Shown here piece by piece: positions 16,072-23,854 of a stretch of 64,000 nucleotides of DNA. The notes beneath the pieces were generated by a model that had not been told where the DNA came from, searched no databases, and saw only the letters and a program-made list of their open reading frames with translations. Source of the stretch: Oscillospiraceae bacterium (GTDB lineage Bacteria > Bacillota > Clostridia > Oscillospirales > CAG-272); contig SVRS01000001.1 of NCBI GenBank assembly GCA_015064695.1, positions 45,998-109,997 of the forward strand, in the 5' to 3' direction. Position numbers and translations under genes: made by a program. Position 1 is the stretch's first letter, and each line of letters begins with the position of its first letter.

Positions 16072-19000
16072 ATGCATCCGTATATCTGTGTGACGTACGC
16101 CCGGGATGATCGAAAGGAATCCGATCTTTTTTGCCGCGGCCTTGCGCGGTATGGCTTCCGTTATAGCTGTATTCACGAGCTGAGCGAACCGGCGTTGCGT
16201 GCGGAGACCCTGGTTCACGCCACCCTGCTGATCGCCCTGACGTCCTCGGCGGCCGAAGCTGCGGAAACCGTTGCCGCGGATATCCGCCGTGGGCTGGAGC
16301 GCCGTATGCGGGTGCTTTGTGTCAGTCTGGAGGGAAACGAGCTGGATCATCGATTCTGCATGGGTGCCTCGGGTGGCGCGGTTCTGATCCCTTTTCCTAT
16401 GGGAGAGAAGCGGGACCGACACACCGTGGATCTTTTCGTGCATCGCTTGTATGTGCGGCATCTTGCCCGCTTTGGAGAGTGCTTTGCGGAGGAGCTGTGC
16501 GACCGTAACGTGTACGGAGAGCTGATCCGTTGCGCCCGCCGCGCCCATGACGGAGACGGTAGCGCCTGCTTTGAATTGGGACGGGCCTACGAGCTGGGGC
16601 TGGGCGTTCCCGCACTTGAGCAGGAGGCCGCCGTTTGGTTGCGAAGAGCGGCTGAGCAGAATATTCACGATGCATTGATCTACCTGGGACGGCTGTGCCT
16701 GTTGGGGCAGGGAACGGATCGGGATCCGGCGGAGGCCTTCCGCCTCTTTACCCGCGCCGCCGAGCAGGGCGACGTACGGGGCGTGTACCACAGAGGACTT
16801 TGCTACCTGGAGGGTCAGGGTGTCATGAAGGATCCTGTTCACGCCAGGGAATGTCTGGATATGGCCGCCCGTCGGCAGTACGCCCCCGCCGTGTACCACT
16901 TGGCCATTCTGTATCGGGACGGTATTGGAACCGAACGGGATTCTCACGCCGCCCTTCGATACCTGTACGCCGTGTGCCGATTGGGCTTCTCGGATCAGAA
17001 CGGGGAAGCGGCTCCCTTGCCTATTACGGTTTATGGAAGGATATCCGGCACGCGCTATACCTGCATCACCATGCGTCAGATGCGCCATACCCATCCTCTG
17101 CTGGCAGCGCAGTCCTCCTTCGCCCGTGGGGCGTCGGCGGACAGATGCTTCGGCCGTTGCACCATCCGCGCAAGGGAGCTTCCGGAGGATCGGTGGGAGA
17201 AATCCATATTGGAGATACGTGAGACCGTCCAAGACGATGAAACCGAGGAGCAGGAGGAGCAAGCCCGCCGCTACGCCATTTACGCAGAGGATTGGACGAA
17301 GGCAGATGCGGCCAAGGCCGCCCACGAGCTGGGATTGCTGTTGGCGCTGGGCAATAGGGCTGACGGTCTGTGCCCCTCGCCCACCCGTGCCTTGGTGTGG
17401 TATCGGTACGCCGCGTACCTGGGAGACACCGAGGCTTTATACGCCCTGGGCGATGCCTATCGCCGCGGATACGGTACCCCCGCTGATCCCGAGCGGGCGG
17501 TACAGCTGTATCGCCTGGCCGCCGACGGCGGAAGCGAGCGAGGCCAGTTTGCCTACGCCGCGTGTCTGGAACGGGGAATCGGCGTTGCCGTGGACGAGCG
17601 GGAGGCCGCCCGTCGCTATGAGCAGGCCGCCTCGGAGGGCTATGCCCCTGCCCAAACCAACCTGGGCGGATGCTACGAGCGGGGCATCGGTGTTCCCCAT
17701 AACATGCTGACGGCGGTGGAATGGTACGCCGCCGCGGCCAACGCAGGCCAACCCGACGGCCAGTGCCGCTTGGGTATTTGCTACGAGCTGGGGCGGGGAG
17801 TTCCGGTGGATCTGGACAATGCTATCCGCCTGTATGAGCTGGCGGCAGAGCAGGGACACGCCTATGCCCTGTACCGTTTGGCTTTGTGCTACGATCGGGA
17901 TATGCGCAATCGGGGAGGAGACGAGGCTGAGAGTGATGCCCTGTTGACCGAATCTGCGGCAGAGGGAGAGACGTTCCGATCCCCGTCTCCCCGCTACGGG
18001 AATACCTTGCTTGAAAAAACCGAAGGGATGACCCGTTTTTCCATCGATCATACCCGCGCGGCGGCGTTGTATCAACGGGCGGCCGATCTGGGGGTGGCGG
18101 AAGCGGCCTACGCCTTCTACCTGTGCCACCGCCTGGAGCGGGGCGTTTTCCGGGATGAACGGAGCGAGATGCTGTACCTGCGCCGCGCGGCGGAGGGAGG
18201 ATGTCTGCAGGCCGCCTATGAGCTGGGACTTTGCTACATGGAAGGGAACGGACTGCCTCAGGATCGGCAAGCCGCCGTTGCCTGGTTTACCCGTTCCCTG
18301 GATACGTGGCGTATCTGCGCTGTGGATAGCCGCGCCATGAATTATCTGTCCGAGCCCGAAAGCCTGCCTCCGGATGCCCTGTCTCTGCGCCAGGCGGCGG
18401 GCGGCGCTATGTATATGCTGGGCTACTGCGCTTTGTACGGCATTGGAGAAGCGCGGGATCGCCGTATGCACTCCCTGAACGCCGTTCCACGTCCGGAGGC
18501 CCTGGCTAAGGCTGTGTCCCTGTTCCGCGAGGCTGCGGAAATCGATCACGTGGGCTCCATCGTCATGCTGGGAGATCTGTATGCCTACGAGCTTTTGACC
18601 TCCGATTCCGCCCTCGCGGAGGACGAAGCATTGAGATATTACTTAGAAGCGGTTCGAACGGAGGGCCTTCTGGTAGGAAACGACGAGTACACCCGAGGAA
18701 TCGCCCTGCGGGATCGAACCGATAACTCCATCGATGCCTTGATGAGCCTGGCGAAGCGGGCACTGGCGGTGGCGGAGTCGGAAAGCGATCCGGGAAATGC
18801 GGAAATGGCACGGGTGAACGCCTGGCGCTCCTACTCGGAGTGCGCGGCCCGGGGAAGCTCGGATGCTTTGATCCGTATGGCCGAGTGCCTGTACCACGGT
18901 CACGGAGCCGCCCGCAATCTGTCGGCCGCCCTGCGGCTTTTGCGCCGCGCCGAGTTTCTGGACGGCGGACGGATCGAGGCTTGCCTGTGGCTGGGAGATG

Positions 19001-19998
19001 CCCTCCGCAGTCAGTGGGGAGAGGGCGCCAACCCGGCGGAGGCCGACGCCGTCTACCTGCGGGGATTGGAATGCCCCTGCCTGGAATCCGAATGCGGCCT
19101 CTATACTCTGGGGCTGCGCCGCTCTCTCCGAAAGCGGGAGGATATTCGCGCCCGTGCCGAGATTCTGTACCGTCTGGCCACCCTGCGCGCCGTGTATTTC
19201 TCGGATAACGCCAATCGCAAGGAAGCGTTTTTGTACCTGGCTGAGGCCATTCTGATGGGACACGCCGAGGCGAGGGATGACCTGGCCAGGATCTTCGCCT
19301 ACGAGTTTCGTAAGCCCAAGGGACCACCCCGCAAGGCCAATCGGAGACGTCGTCCCTCGGATCTTAAATTTGGCAGTAAGGCCAGACTTCGCCGCCGGAT
19401 GAAGGAAAACGGGGGGATTCTGAGCCGGAACAGTCGCGCTTTGCGAATCCATCGGGCCTGGCTTTGCGATTACTATACGGCTCGGTGGCCTGAGCCGGAT
19501 CCCTTTTCCTATACCATGCACGCGACCACGATCCCCGCTGAGCAGCCCCAGTACGTAACGGTTCCCGTGACCGATACCATGCGGGCAAATGCTTTGCAGT
19601 ATCTGGGTGAATGCTTCTTTGAGGGATACGGTCTGCCCACCGATGCGGCGGCGGCAGTTACCTGCTATCAGGCGGTGCTGGAATACGCCCCTCGCGGCGG
19701 CGCTTTTCCCGTGTCGGTGACCGAGGCGACCTATAGCCTGGGATGGTGTTTGCTCTACGGTGTGGGAACCATGGCTAACTGCCAAGAGGCCATTCGTCTC
19801 TTGACGTCGGTGGCCAAGGAGCATCCCGGTGCTTGCTATACCCTGGGTCTTTGCCATGAGGAGGGCCGAGGCGTGGTGGCGGCGGATGACCGCGAGGCAG
19901 TAAAATTCTACCGCAGGGCTCAGAAGCTGGGTCATCCCAAGGCGGCCGAAAAGATTGAAATACTGGAAAAGCGGCTGAACGACCGAATACCTCTCTGA
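16072..19998 (+). CDS. Large cytoplasmic Sel1-like repeat (SLR/TPR) protein with an N-terminal TIR-like domain
   Basis: 1308 aa. More than 15 Sel1 repeat signatures are visible (A..W[YL]..AA.QG...A...LG.CY..G.G...D...A). The first ~130 aa follow the TIR beta-alpha pattern (YICVTYARDDRKESDLFCRGLARYGFRY...ATLLIALTS...RVLCVSL). No signal peptide. Confidence 0.8.
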   Translation: MHPYICVTYARDDRKESDLFCRGLARYGFRYSCIHELSEPALRAETLVHATLLIALTSSAAEAAETVAADIRRGLERRMRVLCVSLEGNELDHRFCMGASGGAVLIPFPMGEKRDRHTVDLFVHRLYVRHLARFGECFAEELCDRNVYGELIRCARRAHDGDGSACFELGRAYELGLGVPALEQEAAVWLRRAAEQNIHDALIYLGRLCLLGQGTDRDPAEAFRLFTRAAEQGDVRGVYHRGLCYLEGQGVMKDPVHARECLDMAARRQYAPAVYHLAILYRDGIGTERDSHAALRYLYAVCRLGFSDQNGEAAPLPITVYGRISGTRYTCITMRQMRHTHPLLAAQSSFARGASADRCFGRCTIRARELPEDRWEKSILEIRETVQDDETEEQEEQARRYAIYAEDWTKADAAKAAHELGLLLALGNRADGLCPSPTRALVWYRYAAYLGDTEALYALGDAYRRGYGTPADPERAVQLYRLAADGGSERGQFAYAACLERGIGVAVDEREAARRYEQAASEGYAPAQTNLGGCYERGIGVPHNMLTAVEWYAAAANAGQPDGQCRLGICYELGRGVPVDLDNAIRLYELAAEQGHAYALYRLALCYDRDMRNRGGDEAESDALLTESAAEGETFRSPSPRYGNTLLEKTEGMTRFSIDHTRAAALYQRAADLGVAEAAYAFYLCHRLERGVFRDERSEMLYLRRAAEGGCLQAAYELGLCYMEGNGLPQDRQAAVAWFTRSLDTWRICAVDSRAMNYLSEPESLPPDALSLRQAAGGAMYMLGYCALYGIGEARDRRMHSLNAVPRPEALAKAVSLFREAAEIDHVGSIVMLGDLYAYELLTSDSALAEDEALRYYLEAVRTEGLLVGNDEYTRGIALRDRTDNSIDALMSLAKRALAVAESESDPGNAEMARVNAWRSYSECAARGSSDALIRMAECLYHGHGAARNLSAALRLLRRAEFLDGGRIEACLWLGDALRSQWGEGANPAEADAVYLRGLECPCLESECGLYTLGLRRSLRKREDIRARAEILYRLATLRAVYFSDNANRKEAFLYLAEAILMGHAEARDDLARIFAYEFRKPKGPPRKANRRRRPSDLKFGSKARLRRRMKENGGILSRNSRALRIHRAWLCDYYTARWPEPDPFSYTMHATTIPAEQPQYVTVPVTDTMRANALQYLGECFFEGYGLPTDAAAAVTCYQAVLEYAPRGGAFPVSVTEATYSLGWCLLYGVGTMANCQEAIRLLTSVAKEHPGACYTLGLCHEEGRGVVAADDREAVKFYRRAQKLGHPKAAEKIEILEKRLNDRIPL

Positions 19999-20108
19999 TT
20001 GGGATGGGTGAATCCATCGTGCGTAGTAGGATCACTCGGACGATTTTTCGAGGTTCCCCCATAATAAATATTAGTTTAGTGCCGCCGATGGGCGGCGGAA
20101 TGGAGATT

Positions 20109-21935
20109 ATGATGAGACGATTCTTGACCCTGACTCTCTGCGTGTTTATGCTCCTGTCCTGCGTCTTGACAGGCTGTAACAACACCCCCGCAGAGCCCGC
20201 CGACAGCGCCGAGGCAGGAACCACCGCCGGTGAGACGGTCACCCGGCGGGAGCCCGTTACAACCGATCCGGATACTGCGGAGGACACGACCGCCCAAGAG
20301 ACCGAGCCCGAAACCACGGTTCAGACCGAGGACGAGCCCCGGCCCGAGATCGGTATCACCCGTGCCATCTCCGGCGTAAGCATTGTGACCGGCGATTCTC
20401 CCGTTGAGGCCCATGCGGCCGCGGAGCTGACCAAATACCTGGGCATGAAGGGGGTTTCGGTGGTGGAGAACGGCTATAAGATCACCCTGGAGATCGACCC
20501 GGACATGAGCGACGACGGCTACAAGATCGCGGTCTTCCGAAAGAACGGAGATGGCACGGTCATCACCGGCGGCAACGGCCGCGGTGTGATCTACGGCGTG
20601 TACCGCTTTCTGGAGGAGCAGGCGGGGATCCGCTTCTATACCCCCGACCTGGAGGTGGTTCCCGCCGGGGGCTTGACCATTACTACCGGCGTTACGGAAT
20701 ACACGCCTGTCTTTGAATTGCGCCAGATCGACTGGTACGCAGTTCGGAACAATCCCGATTGGTGCGCCAAGAACGGCATCAATTTCAGTCACTGGTACGG
20801 CGAATTCAGCGAGGAGATCGGCGGTAGCTGGAACTACGGTGCCTTCGTACACACCATGTCCGGGCTGACCGGTTGTCCCTCGGATAGTCAGCCCTGCCTG
20901 ACCGATCCCGAGAACCTGCAGAAGGCCATCGCCGCCGTCCGCAGGATCCTTCAGGAGAATCCCGGCATTGATATTGTCTCGGTGTCCCAGAATGACAATC
21001 AGAATTACTGCCGGTGCGAAAGCTGCGCCGCCATGGACGCCGAGGAGGGAAGCCCTGCGGGAACCCTGCTGCGATTCGTCAACGCCGTAGCGGCGGATAT
21101 CGCCGAGGATTACCCTGACGTTGTCATCGATACCCTGGCCTACCAGTATACCCGTAAGGCACCCTCGGTCACGAAGCCCCTGCCCAACGTCTGCATCCGC
21201 CTTTGCTCCATTGAGTGTTGCTTCACGCATTCTTTGTCGGATCCCACCTGTACAGAAAATCTGAGCTTCCGCAACGACGTTATCGCGTGGAGCCAAATCT
21301 GTGACCGTATCTACGTCTGGGACTACACAGCGAACTGCAGCTACTACATCCCCACCTTCCCCAACTTCCACATTCTCCGTGACAATATGCGCTTCTTTGC
21401 CGAGCATAACGTCAAGGGTATGTTCCCCGAGGGAAATTATTCCTCCACCTCGGGTGAGTTTGGAGAGCTTCGTACCTACCTGCTGGCCAAGCTCATGCTG
21501 GATCCCTACATGACCGCGGGCGAATATTACGGGTATATGGACGAGTTCCTGCAGGTCTACTACGGCGACGGCTGGATGTATATCCGCGCCTATATCGACT
21601 ACGTCTGCGGAGAGGCTGTCTCGGCCCATTCGAGCATTCGCTCCAATCCCTTCGAGCTTGTACCCGAGGAAAAATACGCGGCTATGGAAGAAACCATAGA
21701 GCTATGGTGGAACAAGGCCGAGGAGCTGGCGGGCGACCGTCTGGCCGCCGTGCAGAGATCCCGCCTCCAGTGGCGGTATATCCAACTCATGCTCCATCCC
21801 GACGAGGAGGCGGCCAAGGTATTCGTGGCCGACGTAAAGGCCGCGGGAGTCTACTGGAACGAGTGGCGCACCACCGAGCTTCCCGAGGGAGCCAATCTGA
21901 CTCTTCCTCCCGACCATTGGGATTGGGATTTCTGA
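20109..21935 (+). CDS. DUF4838-like lipoprotein, paralogue 1 of 8 (uncharacterised glycoside-hydrolase-like family)
   Basis: MMRRFLTLTLCVFMLLSCVLTGC lipobox, then an acidic T/E/P linker. Core motifs are AAAELTKYL, GGNGRGVIYGVYRFLEE..GIRFYTPD, VSVSQNDNQNYCRCESCAAMDAEEGSPAGTLLRFVNAVAADIAEDYP, RLCSIECCFTHSLSDPTC, ICDRIYVWDY, GEFGELRTYLLAKLM and RSRLQWRY. The exact start (20100/20109/20112) is uncertain. Confidence 0.85.
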   Translation: MMRRFLTLTLCVFMLLSCVLTGCNNTPAEPADSAEAGTTAGETVTRREPVTTDPDTAEDTTAQETEPETTVQTEDEPRPEIGITRAISGVSIVTGDSPVEAHAAAELTKYLGMKGVSVVENGYKITLEIDPDMSDDGYKIAVFRKNGDGTVITGGNGRGVIYGVYRFLEEQAGIRFYTPDLEVVPAGGLTITTGVTEYTPVFELRQIDWYAVRNNPDWCAKNGINFSHWYGEFSEEIGGSWNYGAFVHTMSGLTGCPSDSQPCLTDPENLQKAIAAVRRILQENPGIDIVSVSQNDNQNYCRCESCAAMDAEEGSPAGTLLRFVNAVAADIAEDYPDVVIDTLAYQYTRKAPSVTKPLPNVCIRLCSIECCFTHSLSDPTCTENLSFRNDVIAWSQICDRIYVWDYTANCSYYIPTFPNFHILRDNMRFFAEHNVKGMFPEGNYSSTSGEFGELRTYLLAKLMLDPYMTAGEYYGYMDEFLQVYYGDGWMYIRAYIDYVCGEAVSAHSSIRSNPFELVPEEKYAAMEETIELWWNKAEELAGDRLAAVQRSRLQWRYIQLMLHPDEEAAKVFVADVKAAGVYWNEWRTTELPEGANLTLPPDHWDWDF

Positions 21936-21971
21936 TTCCTCACGATTTTACGCGAAAAGGATATTGGATAT

Positions 21972-23807
21972 ATGGCTAAAAAACACTTGTCCATCTTGCT
22001 TGCCGCTCTATTCCTGTTTCCCTGCCTGGCAGGCTGTAACCGTAGCAATGACTCTATCGACACCACCGCCACCACCAAGGAGGATACTATGAACGATATT
22101 ACCGATGCTCAAACTAACCCGGAAACCCAACCGGTGACGGAATCCGAGCCTGTGACCGAGCCCAAAACCGAGGCGGAAACCCGGCCTGCCGTCAAAGAGG
22201 AGGAAAAAATTTCCCGCAGTATCAGTAAGGTACGGATTCTCGCGGGAGACAGTCCCACCGAGCAGTACGCCGCCGCCGAGCTGACCGACTATCTGACCCG
22301 CATGGGGGTTACGATGGCTGAGGATGCCTACACCATTACCCTCTCCATCGATCCCGCCATGCCCGATGACAGCTACCACATGGTGGTCCGCCGGAAGAAC
22401 AAGGAGGGTACCACCATCACCGGCGGCAACGGCCGCGGCGTGATCTACGGCGCCTATCGCTTCCTGGAGGAATTCGGCGGTGTCCGCTTCTTTACCCCTA
22501 ATTTGGAGGTGGTTCCGGAGAACAAGCTTACCATCACGACGGGCGTTATCGATTACGAGCCCGTATTCGTCAAGCGCAGCTTCGACTGGTACCCCAACCG
22601 CACCTCTCAGGATTGGATGGTGAAGAATGGTATCAACGATTGCGGGTGGTACGGTGCCTTTGACGAGGCCGTAGGCGGGAACTGGGATTCCAGCATTCTG
22701 TCCGCCCATACCATGGGCATCATCACGGGCACGGGCAACGGCGCTTCTCCGAATCCCTGCCTTACCGATCCTGAAAATCTTGCCAAGGCTATTGCCTACG
22801 TCCGCAAGGTGCTGGAGAAGAACCCCCAGCTCACGGGCGTTTCGGTCTCCCAGAACGACAACAACAGCTATTGCCAATGCGAGCGCTGCGCCGCCATTGA
22901 TGCCGAGGAGGGGAGCCCCTCCGGCACCTTGCTCCGCTTCGTCAACGCCGTGGCCGCCGATATTGCCGAGGATTACCCTCACGTAGTGGTGGATACCTTC
23001 GCATATATGTACACGCAGGCCGCCCCGAGGATCACGAAGCCCCTGCCCAACGTGGCCATTCGCCTCTGCTCCATTCGTTGTCACTTTACCCACCCCATTT
23101 CGGACCACGAGTGCGAGCGTACCGCCACCTTCAACCATGACCTGCAGGAGTGGAGCAAGATCTGCAACAACATCTACATCTGGGACTATACCACCAATTA
23201 CCGTTATTTCATCCCCACCTTCGCAAATTTCCGTGTGATGCGCGAGAATATGCAGTATTTTGCGGATCATAACGTCACGGGTATGTTCCCCGAGGGGAAC
23301 TATTCCTCCACCTCCGGCGAGTTCGGAGAGCTGCGCGCGTACCTGCTGGCCAAGCTCATGATGGACCCCTACATGACTGAGCGGGAATACAACCGCCACA
23401 TGAACGAGTTCCTGCAGGCCTACTACGGCGATGGCTGGGAATACATCCGCGCCTACATTGATGCCACCTCCGCCAAGGCTGCTGACGGTTGCCAGAGCAT
23501 CTACGACGAGCCCTTCAAGGCCATTGGCGAGGATTACTATCGCGCTATGGAGGACACCTTTGAGAGCTGGTGGTCGAGGGCCGAGGAGCTGGCGGGTGAC
23601 CGCGTGGAGTACGTCAAGCGCTCCCGTTTCCAGTGGCGCTACATCAAGCTCATGCTCCATCCCAATAAGGAGGAGGCAGAGACGTTCGTCGCTGACGTCA
23701 CCGCCGCCGGCATCGCCTGGGGCGAGGGGGATCTGCGAACCTTGCCCGCCGATGCCGATCTGTCCAAGCCGCCCCACCAGTGGTTTACGTTTACTTGGTG
23801 GCTGTGA
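21972..23807 (+). CDS. DUF4838-like lipoprotein, paralogue 2 of 8
   Basis: MAKKHLSILLAALFLFPCLAGC lipobox, then a T/E/P linker and the same core motifs (GGNGRGVIYGAYRFLEE, SQNDNNSYCQCERCAAIDAEEGSPSGTLLRFVNAVAADIAEDYP, CHFTHPISDHEC, ICNNIYIWDY). Confidence 0.9.
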   Translation: MAKKHLSILLAALFLFPCLAGCNRSNDSIDTTATTKEDTMNDITDAQTNPETQPVTESEPVTEPKTEAETRPAVKEEEKISRSISKVRILAGDSPTEQYAAAELTDYLTRMGVTMAEDAYTITLSIDPAMPDDSYHMVVRRKNKEGTTITGGNGRGVIYGAYRFLEEFGGVRFFTPNLEVVPENKLTITTGVIDYEPVFVKRSFDWYPNRTSQDWMVKNGINDCGWYGAFDEAVGGNWDSSILSAHTMGIITGTGNGASPNPCLTDPENLAKAIAYVRKVLEKNPQLTGVSVSQNDNNSYCQCERCAAIDAEEGSPSGTLLRFVNAVAADIAEDYPHVVVDTFAYMYTQAAPRITKPLPNVAIRLCSIRCHFTHPISDHECERTATFNHDLQEWSKICNNIYIWDYTTNYRYFIPTFANFRVMRENMQYFADHNVTGMFPEGNYSSTSGEFGELRAYLLAKLMMDPYMTEREYNRHMNEFLQAYYGDGWEYIRAYIDATSAKAADGCQSIYDEPFKAIGEDYYRAMEDTFESWWSRAEELAGDRVEYVKRSRFQWRYIKLMLHPNKEEAETFVADVTAAGIAWGEGDLRTLPADADLSKPPHQWFTFTWWL

Positions 23808-23854
23808 TGATCTGTAATGATGCGAGGAATTACGCCCGAGAAAGGAAATATAAT

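Noticed and set aside
20004-20108. N-terminal extensions of track ORFs: 20004 for P1, 23780 for P3, 27562 for P5, 34136 for P7, 41161 for the HAD gene, 41508 for GH95, 45953 for the ABC gene, 5558 and 8911 for the lipoprotein and mtnN, and 61676 for the ECF-S gene.
   Set aside because: In each case an internal ATG with a proper Shine-Dalgarno begins a canonical signal peptide or the conserved N-terminus. The upstream extension overlaps the preceding gene, a terminator or an antisense gene.
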